Source: an uncultured Gemmatimonadales bacterium (lineage in GTDB: Bacteria > Gemmatimonadota > Gemmatimonadetes > Gemmatimonadales > GWC2-71-9). Taken from it: 64,000 nt of DNA. A program made the translations under genes and the position numbers. The stretch covers positions 2,528,001-2,592,000 of the forward strand of contig CAWHFW010000005.1 in the NCBI GenBank assembly GCA_963828735.1. Direction: 5' to 3'. This document shows, in pieces, positions 41,706 through 52,930 of the stretch; the stretch's first letter is position 1, and each line of letters opens with the position of its first letter. Below the pieces are notes generated by a model, which saw only the letters and a list, made by a program, of their open reading frames with translations, was not told the origin of the DNA and ran no database searches.

Positions 41706-41823
41706 AGCACCTTTCGGGCAGCTGTCACGCCGCGTTCGATACCTGCCGCATGTCGGCATTATTGAGAAGCATGGTGGGGCGGGTCGTGACAGCCTACGCT
41801 GGCTTCACGACCCGCCGGTCCGT

Positions 41824-43458
<1,635 letters not shown>

Positions 43459-43481
43459 TCAATCCTCTCGAATGGTCCGCA

Positions 43482-43796
43482 TCAGCCAAGCCGGGCCAGA
43501 ATGTCGGACGCCTTGATGATGATCAGCTCGTCGTCGCCCGCCCGATAGGGCGTGCCGCTGTACTGACTGTAGATCACCGTGTCGCCTACCCCGAGGTCGA
43601 TCTTCACCCGCTCGCCCTTCTCGAATCGGCCGGGCCCGACGGCCAACACCTCGCCCTGGGTGGGCTTCTCTTTGGCGGTGTCCGGGATGTACAGCGGACC
43701 GCGCATGGTTTCCGCCTCGTCGGCCGGCAGGATCACCACGCGATCCTCCAGCGGATGGATCTTGATCTTGGGCTTGGCCTTGGTAGCAGTGGACAT
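43482..43796 (-). CDS. groES: Co-chaperonin GroES (divergent C-terminus)
   Basis: GGAGG SD, IHPLEDRVVI, IPDTAKEKP.QGEVLAVGPG. Confidence 0.95.
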   Translation of the reverse strand: MSTATKAKPKIKIHPLEDRVVILPADEAETMRGPLYIPDTAKEKPTQGEVLAVGPGRFEKGERVKIDLGVGDTVIYSQYSGTPYRAGDDELIIIKASDILARLG

Positions 43797-43835
43797 CGGT
43801 AGATCCTCCAAAGGCATTTTCGCTCACGTGGAGAT

Positions 43836-43863
43836 GAAGGGGGCGGACTAGCGCCGCCCCCCT
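43836..43863 (-). terminator. GC hairpin between the ABM-like gene and groES (weak U tract)
   Basis: Minus strand GGGGGCGG-CGCTAGT-CCGCCCCC-TTCA. Confidence 0.5.
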
Positions 43864-43883
43864 CGTTCGAGCTGAGCGGTCGG

Positions 43884-44198
43884 TTAGACGTGAGCCGCGA
43901 TCTTGTGGAACGTCGAGTTGGATACCTCGTAGGCGTTCACCTTTGGCGTGCCCTCGACCATCGTCTCCAGACCCTTCAGCACCTGGGGGTAGGTGTCGCG
44001 GCTATAGGCATCCGCGCTCTCCTTGCGATCCCACAGGCTGATGGCGACCGCGTCCTTGCCGCCTTCGCCGAGGAACGTGATCTCGTCCTGGAAGCCGTTC
44101 TGCTTTTTCAGCAGGGGCAGGATGTCCTGCTCGAACTTCTGGGTGAATTCCTTGGCGCTGTTGGGCTTGAGATTGAGAAAGACGTTTCGAGCGTACAT
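43884..44198 (-). CDS. ABM-like dimeric alpha/beta-barrel small protein
   Basis: AAGGAG SD; LKKQNGFQDEI...AVAISLWDRKESADAY. Confidence 0.75.
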   Translation of the reverse strand: MYARNVFLNLKPNSAKEFTQKFEQDILPLLKKQNGFQDEITFLGEGGKDAVAISLWDRKESADAYSRDTYPQVLKGLETMVEGTPKVNAYEVSNSTFHKIAAHV

Positions 44199-44267
44199 AT
44201 ATCGAACTCCTTATAGCGGGTGCATCAGTTTGAACCGGTGACTTCTACCAACTTATTGTAGAACAGC

Positions 44268-44296
44268 AAGTTACATTGCTGTACTACATTTGTCAA
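44268..44296 (-). promoter_or_regulatory. sigma70-type promoter for the ABM-like/groES/groEL arm
   Basis: TTGACA (44296-44291), 17 nt, TAACTT (44273-44268). Confidence 0.8.
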
Positions 44297-44310
44297 GCAG
44301 ATGGCCACTA

Positions 44311-44339
44311 TTGCGAGCGTGGCGTTACGAATTTAACTT
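44311..44339 (+). promoter_or_regulatory. sigma70-type promoter for the XRE gene
   Basis: TTGCGA, 17 nt, TAACTT. Confidence 0.65.
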
Positions 44340-44372
44340 GGGACTGTTAATCGACTCTTGTGGAGGCGGTCC

Positions 44373-45230
44373 GTGGATGTCTCGTTCGTTGTCCGCCAGC
44401 GGCTGGACGCATTAGGGCTGGACCAGCGCGAACTCGCACGGGCCGCCCAGGTGACCGAGTCCTACATCTCCCAGCTCCTCACTCGGAAGAAGGCGCCCCC
44501 GGCGCCGACGCGCACCGACATCTACGACAAGATGGACAGGTTCTTGAAGCTGCCCAGCGGGGAGCTGGCGCGTCTGGCGGACATCCAGCGGAAGGAAGAA
44601 CTGAAGCGGGAGCTGGGGCAGGAGCCGCCGCCTCTGTTCGGCGACGTTCGCCAGCTGATCCTGCGGAAGTGTCACCCGGACAGGGCAGCGCAGGTTCGGG
44701 CGATTTTCGAGAAGCAGCCCTTCGGCGAGCTCGAGCGGCTCGTCACCCAGCGTCTCCTGGACGTGCTCCAGGCGGTAGCCAGGCAGGAATTGGCGAATGA
44801 CTACTGGCTCCGGATGGTGGCGGACCTCGGCGGCCGAACCTTCGAGGAGATGCGCGTCATCGTGCTCGAGTTCCTCGATACGGACATCTTTCACCTGTCT
44901 CGGGAGCACTGCGTCTCGTTCCTGGATCCGGTGGTCGAGTCCTGGGACATCGACCTGGCGACGTTTGCCCTGGACATCAGCTTGAACGCGAGGGCGGTCT
45001 CGGAGCACGAGAAACGATTCGAGTTCGTCGAGCGGGAGGCCAACCAGCTCTTCGCCGAAGAGCCCGGACTCACCGAGTTTCTCCAGGACGTTTCACTCAG
45101 CGGCACCGCCACTGAGGAGGAGATCGAGTTCCTGAAGCGGCTGCGCTTCAAGGCCAAGCGGCCTGCCGCGCTGTATTATTATCGGGAGTTACAGAACCTC
45201 AGGGATCCGCTCCATTTTCGCTCGCCGTAG
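44373..45230 (+). CDS. XRE-family HTH regulator with a large unrecognised C-terminal domain
   Basis: GGAGG SD and GTG; LDQRELARAAQVTESYISQLL HTH; C-terminal YYYRELQNLRDPLHF. Confidence 0.85.
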   Translation: MDVSFVVRQRLDALGLDQRELARAAQVTESYISQLLTRKKAPPAPTRTDIYDKMDRFLKLPSGELARLADIQRKEELKRELGQEPPPLFGDVRQLILRKCHPDRAAQVRAIFEKQPFGELERLVTQRLLDVLQAVARQELANDYWLRMVADLGGRTFEEMRVIVLEFLDTDIFHLSREHCVSFLDPVVESWDIDLATFALDISLNARAVSEHEKRFEFVEREANQLFAEEPGLTEFLQDVSLSGTATEEEIEFLKRLRFKAKRPAALYYYRELQNLRDPLHFRSP

Positions 45231-45245
45231 GTCGGAACCGCGCGC

Positions 45246-45274
45246 TTGCCGTTTGCCGGGCACGACGGTACCTT
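45246..45274 (+). promoter_or_regulatory. sigma70-type promoter upstream of csp
   Basis: TTGCCG, 17 nt, TACCTT. Confidence 0.6.
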
Positions 45275-45322
45275 TGTGCCACATTCGGGGCGATCGCGCG
45301 CCCGATTTCAACGTGATCAGGG

Positions 45323-45353
45323 AGGGGCTGGCGTTGACGCCGGCCCCTTTTTT
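45323..45353 (+). terminator. Intrinsic terminator between the XRE gene and csp, downstream of the predicted csp promoter
   Basis: AGGGGCTGGCG-TTGA-CGCCGGCCCCT-TTTTT. Confidence 0.75.
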
Positions 45354-45498
45354 CGTTGTTTTTCGTCGGCTGTCGTTCCTGGTGCAAGCTGCACCGCGGC
45401 AGTCGCGCCCCGCGTGGAGGCGCAATCCACGCCACCAGTAGTCGGCCGTGCGGCACGTCCCCACTCCCGATTACCCTCATGAGCAAGGAGTAGGAACG

Positions 45499-45708
45499 AT
45501 GCGCACCACAGGCACGGTCAAGTGGTTCAATGACGCGAAGGGCTTCGGCTTCATCACGCCCGAGGGCGGTCAGAAGGACTGCTTCGTCCATCATTCGGCG
45601 ATCCAGGCCCAGGGCTTCAAGAGCCTGGCCGAGGGTGACCGCGTTGAGTTCGACGTCGTGCAGGGCCAGAAGGGGCCGGCGGCGGAGAACGTCGTCAAGC
45701 TCTCGTAG
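45499..45708 (+). CDS. cspA: Cold-shock protein (CspA family)
   Basis: [31 protein letters not shown]. Confidence 0.97.
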   Translation: MRTTGTVKWFNDAKGFGFITPEGGQKDCFVHHSAIQAQGFKSLAEGDRVEFDVVQGQKGPAAENVVKLS

Positions 45709-45744
45709 TAGCCCAGCCGCGGCGGAAGCCGCACGGCAGGCGGT

Positions 45745-45783
45745 ACGGCCGGCTCATCCGACGGGCGAGCCGGCCGTTTCTTC
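45745..45783 (+). terminator. Terminator-like hairpin between csp and rpsU
   Basis: ACGGCCGGCTC...GAGCCGGCCGT-TTCTTC. Confidence 0.65.
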
Positions 45784-45819
45784 TACGAGCGAGGGACCGC
45801 TCTCGAGGGAGGTCGCGGG

Positions 45820-46020
45820 ATGATCGAAATCACGCTGGGCGACGATGACAACGTTGAGCGGGCGCTCAAGCTCTTCCGGCGGAAGGTGCAGAAGGCCGGA
45901 CTTTTTCAGGAGCTCCGCCGTCGACGGCACTACGTCAAGCCGAGCGCGGCGCGGCTCGTCAAGGCGGCAGCGGCCCGGCGGCGCAAGCGGAAGAAGCAGC
46001 GTATCCGGGAGTCGTGGTAG
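45820..46020 (+). CDS. rpsU: 30S ribosomal protein bS21
   Basis: GGAGG SD; ERALKLFRRKVQKAG...RRRRHYVKPS. Confidence 0.92.
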   Translation: MIEITLGDDDNVERALKLFRRKVQKAGLFQELRRRRHYVKPSAARLVKAAAARRRKRKKQRIRESW

Positions 46021-46047
46021 TCGAATCAGGCTGAGCCTGACGTCAAA

Positions 46048-46082
46048 GAAGCCCGGTGACGACCTTGGTCGTGCCGGGCTTC
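46048..46082. repeat. Palindromic REP-like element, copy 3; probable rpsU terminator
   Basis: GAAGCCCGGTGACGAC-CTTG-GTCGTGCCGGGCTTC. Confidence 0.75.
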
Positions 46083-46526
46083 TTCCATTGCAAGATCTCC
46101 AGAACACCAGGCTCCACAACACCTAACTCACGATCTCGGCGCCTCGGGAAAGCTGGTCACGGCTTTCCTCCTCGAGTTCCGACCGGCCCCTCGGCCAGTC
46201 CGACTCAGCCAATGTGTTCCATATCCCGCATCCCGCGGCTTCCACGTCTTGTCGAACAACGGCTTGTCCGGTCCGTCGGACCCGAGCTCCAGGCCCCGAT
46301 CCCCAAGAAGCCGGTCGAATGAGCGGCGGATCTTGGTGGACAGCTTCGCCGATCGGCCAACGAACTCCCGTGGACCGGGACAGATTGCCCGAACGTCCAG
46401 TGTCCTCCCGACGTACCGGGCCATATACTGGCGATTGGTCTCACTCCCTGGCCGAGATGAGCGCGCATCCCTGCTCGCGCCTGTCGGTACATCCGGGTAG
46501 AGACCTTCTTCACTTCAGAGGAAGCC

Positions 46527-47513
46527 ATGGCTACGAGCCTGCTTGATGGCCTCAAAGGCCTCGTGACGCCCGATTTGCTTTCGACCGCAGCGCGGAACCT
46601 CGGCGAATCCGAGGCGTCGGTCGGCGCCGGTCTCGGCGCGTCGTTCCCCACCATTCTCGCGGGCCTAGCCGGGAAGGCCGGCAACGCCCAGGCGATGCGA
46701 CCGTTCTTCGACATCATCAGCAGCCCCGCGAACGACGGCAGCGTGCTGCGGGACCCGCGGCTCGCCGTGACGGCCACGCCGGGCACTCCGCTCGGCGCGG
46801 CCGGAGCCCAACTGCTGTCCGGGCTGTTCGGCCCGCAACTCTCATCGGTCGGCGACGTCGTCGGTCGGTCGTCCGGGCTGCGCTCCGGTGCAGGCGGCTC
46901 GCTCCTGGGCCTGGCCGCGCCACTCGTGCTCGGAGTCCTGGGAAACCGGGTCCGTTCCGGCAGCCTCAACCCGGCCGGCCTGGCGAGCATGCTCCTCGGT
47001 GAGCGAGACCAGATCACGCGTGCACTGCCGGCTGGGCTGGCGTCCATCCCGGGCCTCGCCTCGATCCTCGGGGCAAAGGAGGTCGGACGGACCGCGGACA
47101 TCGCGACGCCACCGGTCTCGACGACCAGATCGCGCTGGCTCTGGCCGGCGCTTGCGGCCCTTGCGCTCGTGGCCGTTCTGTGGGGCGTATCCCGGAACCG
47201 ATCCCCCACCGCGGGGGAGGAGACCGTCGGCACCGTGAAGGGGGCGGTCACTGACGCCGGAGACACGCTGGCCGCGGCGGCCACCGACATGCGGTTCCGG
47301 TGCGGCAATCAGTCGGTCACCCTGGGCCACATCGGAGACCGAACAGTCCTCACGACCGACGTGGGAACCTTCGACGTGCGCCTCGTGAAGTCCGGGTCGG
47401 GCGCCAAGTACGAGGCCTACACCGATGCCTCCACGACTTTCTGGAACAAGGGCGACCGCGCGATGCTGGCGATCAAGGGCAAGCCGTATCCCGAATGCGC
47501 CAGGGAGCGCTGA
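46527..47513 (+). CDS. DUF937-like N-terminal domain + TM + MliC-like C-terminal domain protein
   Basis: Gly/Ala-rich LLGLAAPLVLG; C-terminal SGSGAKY...TFWNKGDRAML..YPEC. Confidence 0.75.
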   Translation: MATSLLDGLKGLVTPDLLSTAARNLGESEASVGAGLGASFPTILAGLAGKAGNAQAMRPFFDIISSPANDGSVLRDPRLAVTATPGTPLGAAGAQLLSGLFGPQLSSVGDVVGRSSGLRSGAGGSLLGLAAPLVLGVLGNRVRSGSLNPAGLASMLLGERDQITRALPAGLASIPGLASILGAKEVGRTADIATPPVSTTRSRWLWPALAALALVAVLWGVSRNRSPTAGEETVGTVKGAVTDAGDTLAAAATDMRFRCGNQSVTLGHIGDRTVLTTDVGTFDVRLVKSGSGAKYEAYTDASTTFWNKGDRAMLAIKGKPYPECARER

Positions 47514-47549
47514 TGCACACGCGGCCGGATCAGCCGGCAGGAGAACGTC

Positions 47550-48098
47550 ATGGGTACGCCACGGGGCCTACTTCCGTTGTTGGCGCTCGCTGGTGTCATG
47601 CTCTGCGGATGCGATGAGAAACGGACCCCATCGACTCCGCAAGCCTCTCCGCCCCCGGGGGCCGGCGGACCTTCGGACTCGGGCCTGAGCGCCGCGCCGC
47701 CTCCGGACTCCGCTCAAAGCGCCGCGGCGGCGGCCGCGGCCTCGACCTCGTCCACCGACCTGATGGATGTCACGTGGGAGTGGGCCCGGTTCACGACGCC
47801 GGTCGAGCAGATGGACATCGACGCGCCCGAGCGATACACGGTCCGATTCGGGCGCGATGGACACCTCGCGCTGCGGGCCGATTGCAACCGGGGGACGGGA
47901 GCCTACACCATGAGCCCCGACCGTCAGCTGACGCTCAAGCCGGTCGCGCTGACGCGCGCGGTGTGCGCGAAGGGATCGCTGTCGGATCGGTTCGCCAAGG
48001 AGGTCGGTCGGGCGACGAGCTTCTTCATGAAGGACGGCGATCTGTTCCTGGAGCTGCCGGTCGACTCCGGGACGTTGCGATTCCGCCGTCAGCCATGA
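47550..48098 (+). CDS. META-domain (HslJ-like) lipoprotein
   Basis: Lipobox LCGC; YTVRF...ADCNRG...ALTRAVC. Confidence 0.8.
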   Translation: MGTPRGLLPLLALAGVMLCGCDEKRTPSTPQASPPPGAGGPSDSGLSAAPPPDSAQSAAAAAAASTSSTDLMDVTWEWARFTTPVEQMDIDAPERYTVRFGRDGHLALRADCNRGTGAYTMSPDRQLTLKPVALTRAVCAKGSLSDRFAKEVGRATSFFMKDGDLFLELPVDSGTLRFRRQP

Positions 48099-48208
48099 CC
48101 GACACGGGAGGGTGATCGCCCCGCGGCCCCAGGGTCCGGCTGGCCCGTGCCTCTTGTGTGGCTCGTGTTCGGGCCGGCAAATTGGCGGTAATCCCACCCG
48201 GCCCGGTC

Positions 48209-48784
48209 ATGGACGATCGACAGCTCGATATCGGCGAGGTCACGCGGCTGTTGCGGGCCGCGAACGAGGGGGAGGGCGCCGCGCTCGAGCGGCTCGTCCC
48301 CCTCGTGTACGACGATCTCCGGCGGCTCGCGCAGCGGCAGTTGGGACGGGAGTATGGGGAGCGCACGCTCAATGCCACCGCCCTCGTGCACGAGTCCTAC
48401 CTCAAGCTCGGCGCGATCGGTCTGGTGGCCAGGGACCGGGCGCACTTCCTGGCCATCGCCGCCCGCGCAATGCGGCAGGTCCTGGTGGACCATGCCCGCG
48501 ATCGGAAAGCCGCCAAGCGCGGCGGCGGGGTCTGGGAGCGCACCACCCTCACCGATGGCGCGTGGGCGAGGGAATTCGATCCCGACGGCATGCTCATGCT
48601 GGACGAGGCGCTGACCGAGCTCGAGCCGCGCCAGCGCCAGGTGGTCGAGTGCCGGTTCTTCGGTGGAATGGAGGAGCAGGAGATCGCGGCGGCGCTGGGC
48701 GTCTCCGAGCGGACCGTGCACCGCGATTGGATCAAGGCCCGCGCGTGGCTGCACCGCTACTTCTATCCCGAGCCTACCGTGTGA
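48209..48784 (+). CDS. ECF sigma factor (TIGR02999-like, kinase-associated)
   Basis: LVPLVYDDLRRLA, TALVHESYLKL, AMRQVLVDHAR, VECRFFGGM, TVHRDW. Confidence 0.92.
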   Translation: MDDRQLDIGEVTRLLRAANEGEGAALERLVPLVYDDLRRLAQRQLGREYGERTLNATALVHESYLKLGAIGLVARDRAHFLAIAARAMRQVLVDHARDRKAAKRGGGVWERTTLTDGAWAREFDPDGMLMLDEALTELEPRQRQVVECRFFGGMEEQEIAAALGVSERTVHRDWIKARAWLHRYFYPEPTV

Positions 48785-50727
48785 CCGCGCCCCTCGAGCA
48801 GAAGATCCGCTTTTGCACGTCCAGCGACGGCGTGCGCATCGCGCACGCCACGGTCGGGACGGGCCCCCCAGTGGTGAAGGCCGCGAACTGGCTCAGCCAT
48901 CTCGAGTTCGATATGCAGAGCCCGGTCTGGCGCCATTGGATCCGGGAGCTGTCCCGCGATCATACGCTGGTCCGCTACGACGAGCGAGGCTGTGGGCTGT
49001 CCGAGCGGGACATCGACGAGTTTTCCCTCGACGCCTGGGTGAGGGACCTCGAGGCCGTGGTGGACGCGCTGGAGCTCGAGCGATTCCCACTCCTCGGGAT
49101 CTCGCAGGGTGGTCCCATCGCGATCGCGTACGCCATCCGCCATCCGGAGCGTGTGAGCGGGCTCATCCTCTACGGATCCTACTCACGGGGGCGCTCGTTC
49201 CGGCCTCTCTCCGAGAGCCAGCGTGAGGAGCGGGAGCTGATGCTGCGGATGATCGCAGTGGGGTGGGGCCAGGACCACGCCGCGTTCCGCCAGGTGTTCA
49301 CCAGCCTCTTCATTCCGGACGCAACGCCCGAGCAGGCCCAGTGGTTCAACGAGCTCCAGCGGGTCTCGGCCACGCCGCAAACCGCCGCTCGCATCGTTGG
49401 GGGGTTCGACACGCTCGATGTTCGCGCGCTGGCACGGCGGATCGATACGCCGACCCTCGTCCTCCACGCCAAGGACGATCTCCGGGTGCCGTTCGAGGAG
49501 GGCCGGCTGCTCGCGTCCTTGATCCCGGGCGCTCGCTTCGTGCCGCTCGACGGCCACAACCACATCCTGCTCGAAAGCGAGTCGGCGTGGCCCCGGTTTC
49601 TGCACGAGGTCAGGGACTTCCTCGGTGTGGAGCAGACCCATCCGACGATCGAGCCGCCGCGTCGAGCGTCCGCGCCCGTCGACGTTGCCCTTCGGCGCCG
49701 GGTCGAAGCGGTATTCGACGAGGCGATGGAGCTGGCATCCGCCGACCGTCCAGCGTTCGTCGCCGGCGCGTGCGCGGAGGACGCCGAGTGCCGGCGGGAG
49801 GTCGAGTTGATGCTGCAGCTCGCCGACCGGAGTGACGTGACGGGGAAGCTCGCGGCTGCCGTGGGCGGGTCCGCGCTGCAGCGTTCCGCCGTGACCCCGG
49901 GCCAGCGGCTGTGGCAGTACGAGATTCTGGAACAGCTTGGCGGGGGCGGGATGGGCGTGGTCTACAAGGCGCTCGACCGTCGGCTCCAGCGGACCGTGGC
50001 GCTCAAGTTCCTTCCCGCGTACCTGAGCGACGAGCACGAGCTGAAAGCACGCTTCCTCCAGGAGGCCAAGGCGATCGCCTTGCTCGACCACACCAACATC
50101 TGCGCCGTGCTCGAGGTCGAGGAGTTGGAAGGTGGGCAGCTGTTCATCGTGATGCCCTGTTACGAAGGCGAGACCCTGAAACAGAAGATTGCGCGCGGCC
50201 CGCTCGATCCGCGCCAGGCGCTCGACTACGCAGGCCAGATCGCCGCCGGCCTTGCGCACGCCCATGCCGCGGGCGTGGTGCACCGCGACATCAAGCCGGC
50301 GAACATCGTGGTGACCGCCGACGACCGGGTGAAGATCCTGGATTTCGGCGTGGCCAAGGTGTCGGACTGGAATCTGACCCGCAAAGGCGCCGTGCTGGGG
50401 ACGTTGTCCTACATGAGCCCCGAGCAGGCGAGCGGCGAGCTCGTGGACCACCGAACGGATCTGTGGGCGCTTGGCGCGGTCCTGTACGAGATGCTGGCCG
50501 GAAAGGCCCCGTTCGGCGCCGAGACTTCCAAGGGGCTCGTCATGGCCATCCTGAATCGGGACCCGGTGAACCTGACGGTGCTACGCCCCGGGCTCCCTCC
50601 CGATCTCGTGGCGGTGGCGGATCGCCTGCTGCAGAAGGAGCCGGCCCGCAGATATCGGGACGCCCGGGAAGTCGCGGCCGAGCTGGGCCGGCTCGCCGGG
50701 CAGGCAGGCGCATCCCGGTCCTCCTGA
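48781..50727 (+). CDS. Alpha/beta-hydrolase - Ser/Thr kinase fusion
   Basis: GTGA overlap with the sigma gene; YDERGCGLS, GISQGG, HAKDD, GHNH; then GGGGMGVVY, VALK, HRDIKPAN, DFG, SPE. Confidence 0.9.
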   Translation: MTAPLEQKIRFCTSSDGVRIAHATVGTGPPVVKAANWLSHLEFDMQSPVWRHWIRELSRDHTLVRYDERGCGLSERDIDEFSLDAWVRDLEAVVDALELERFPLLGISQGGPIAIAYAIRHPERVSGLILYGSYSRGRSFRPLSESQREERELMLRMIAVGWGQDHAAFRQVFTSLFIPDATPEQAQWFNELQRVSATPQTAARIVGGFDTLDVRALARRIDTPTLVLHAKDDLRVPFEEGRLLASLIPGARFVPLDGHNHILLESESAWPRFLHEVRDFLGVEQTHPTIEPPRRASAPVDVALRRRVEAVFDEAMELASADRPAFVAGACAEDAECRREVELMLQLADRSDVTGKLAAAVGGSALQRSAVTPGQRLWQYEILEQLGGGGMGVVYKALDRRLQRTVALKFLPAYLSDEHELKARFLQEAKAIALLDHTNICAVLEVEELEGGQLFIVMPCYEGETLKQKIARGPLDPRQALDYAGQIAAGLAHAHAAGVVHRDIKPANIVVTADDRVKILDFGVAKVSDWNLTRKGAVLGTLSYMSPEQASGELVDHRTDLWALGAVLYEMLAGKAPFGAETSKGLVMAILNRDPVNLTVLRPGLPPDLVAVADRLLQKEPARRYRDAREVAAELGRLAGQAGASRSS

Positions 50728-50840
50728 TCCGCGCCCAGCCGGTCCCCTGACCGGACAGCCGGGCGGCATGTCTGCCCCGGCCCCGTTCCTCCGCAGATAC
50801 CTGGTGAGGCCCCACACATCCTCCACCAGGAGCTGTCCCC

Positions 50841-52262
50841 ATGGCACGCCTGCGCCCCGATCCTTCCTTTTATGCATCGCCGTCCCTGGCCGCCGAGGCA
50901 CCCCCAGAGGACCTGGCCTACGTCGCCCTGCTGGCCGCCGGCGGGAACGGCCAGCCGCGACGCCCTCGGCGTCGTCGACACGAATCCCGCCAGCCCGACC
51001 TATGGCCGCCTGGTGGGCCGCACGGACTTCCCGCATGGGGGGAACGAGCTCCACCATTTCGGCTGGAATGCGTGCAGCTCCCACCTCTGCCCCTGGGCGC
51101 CGAGCGCCCACGTCGAGCGTCGCTACCTGGTCGTTCCCGGGACTCACTCCAGTCGCGCATCCACATCCTCGACACCAAGCCCGATCCCCGGCGCCCGGCG
51201 CTCGTCAAGATGATCGAAGGGACCGAGGTGATGGCGAAGACGGGCTACGCCGCACCGCACACGGTCCACTGCGGGCCCGATGGGATCTATCTGAACGCCC
51301 TCGGCGCGCCCGACGGGAACGGCCCCGGCGGCATCTTCATGCTCGACCACGAAACGTTCGAGCTGAAGGGCCGGTGGGAGCAGCGACCGGGGCCCGCAAT
51401 ACCTCGCGTACGACTTCGCCTGGCATCTGGGACAGGACACCATGCTCACCAGCGAGTGGGGCACGCCCAACATGGTGGTGGAGGGCGTGAATCCCGAGCT
51501 GCTGCTGGGCGGCAAGTACGGTCAGAAGCTGCACGTGTGGGACCTGCGGAAGCGCACCCATCTCAAGGAGCTCGACCTCGGCGCCGAGCAGCAGATGGTG
51601 CTCGAGCTTCGTCCCGCGCACAACCCGACCCGCGCCTACGGCTTCGTCGGCGTCGTGATCTCGCTGACGGATCTGTCGAGCTCGATCTTCCTCTGGTATC
51701 TCGACCGCTCCGACGGCAACGGGAAGGGCGAGTGGAAGACGAAGAAGGTCATCACGATCCCCGCCGTGCCGGCCGACGAGGCCGATCTGCCGCCGTTGCT
51801 CAAAGGCTTCAAGGCCGTCCCACCGCTCGTGACCGACATCAACCTGTCGGTCGACGACCGCTTCCTGTATGTGTCGTGCTGGGGAACCGGTGAGCTCCGG
51901 CAGTACGACGTGACCGACCCGTTCAATCCGGTCTACACCGGCAGCGTGAAGATCGGCGGCATCGTGGCGCGCAGCGCCGCACCCGTCGAACCCGGACAAG
52001 CCGCTCAACGGCGGTCCGCAGATGGTGGAGGTGAGCCGCGACGGCCGGCGCGTCTACGTCACCAATTCGCTCTACACGCCATGGGACGCGCAGTTCTATC
52101 CCGACGGCATCCGCGGGTGGATGGCGAAGATCGACGCAGCTCGCCCAGGGAGGACTCTCGGTCGATCCGCGGTTCCTCGTGGAGTTCGAGGACGGCCTTC
52201 GGCCGCACCAGGTGCGACTCCAGGGCGGTGACGCCTCCTCCGATTCCTTCTGCTTCGCCTGA
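50841..52262 (+). CDS. Selenium-binding protein SBP56 / methanethiol oxidase-like; about 5 frameshifts (sequencing error or pseudogene)
   Basis: [52 protein letters not shown] and [10 protein letters not shown], split over 3 frames. Confidence 0.88.
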
Positions 52263-52276
52263 TCGGAGCGGCGGCA

Positions 52277-52930
52277 ATGACCTGGACGTGGATGATATTG
52301 GCCGGACTGGGCGCGGTGCACGGCCTGAACCCCGGGATGGGTTGGCTCTTCGCCGTCGCGCTCGGCATGCAGGAAGGGCGGACCCGCGCCGTGTGGCGCG
52401 CCTTGTCGCCGCTGGCGGTCGGCCATGCCCTGGCGGTCCTCGCCGCCGTGCTGACCGCGGCGGCGCTGGGCCGGTTTCTACCCTCCGGCGCGCTCGGATG
52501 GATCGTCGGGCTGTCGCTGCTCGGGCTCGGCACGCTGCGGCTGGTGCGGCACCGGCACCCCCGCTACGGCGGCATGCGGGTCGGGTTCCGCGAGCTGACG
52601 ATCTGGTCGTTTCTGATGGCGACCGCACACGGTGCCGGGCTCATGGTCCTGCCGCTGCTCGTTGGCACGATGGGCGCGGGCGCAGCGGGCACCAGTCCCC
52701 ATGCGATGCACATGACACAGGCCTCGCTGGTGCCGGTTGCCGGCCCGCTGGCCACCGGCCTCTGGGCCACGGCGCTGCACAGCGCGGGGTATCTGGTCGT
52801 CACGGGCCTCATTGCGGTGATCGTCTACCGCAAGGTCGGGCTCCGGATGCTCCGGACGATGTGGATCAACCTCGATCTGATCTGGGGTGGCGCGCTCGTC
52901 GTCACGGGAACGGTGGCACTGCTGACGTGA
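52277..52930 (+). CDS. His-containing membrane protein (HupE/NiCoT-like motifs)
   Basis: GAVHGLNPGMGWLFAVA, GHALAV, MATAHGAGLM; several TMs. Confidence 0.8.
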   Translation: MTWTWMILAGLGAVHGLNPGMGWLFAVALGMQEGRTRAVWRALSPLAVGHALAVLAAVLTAAALGRFLPSGALGWIVGLSLLGLGTLRLVRHRHPRYGGMRVGFRELTIWSFLMATAHGAGLMVLPLLVGTMGAGAAGTSPHAMHMTQASLVPVAGPLATGLWATALHSAGYLVVTGLIAVIVYRKVGLRMLRTMWINLDLIWGGALVVTGTVALLT

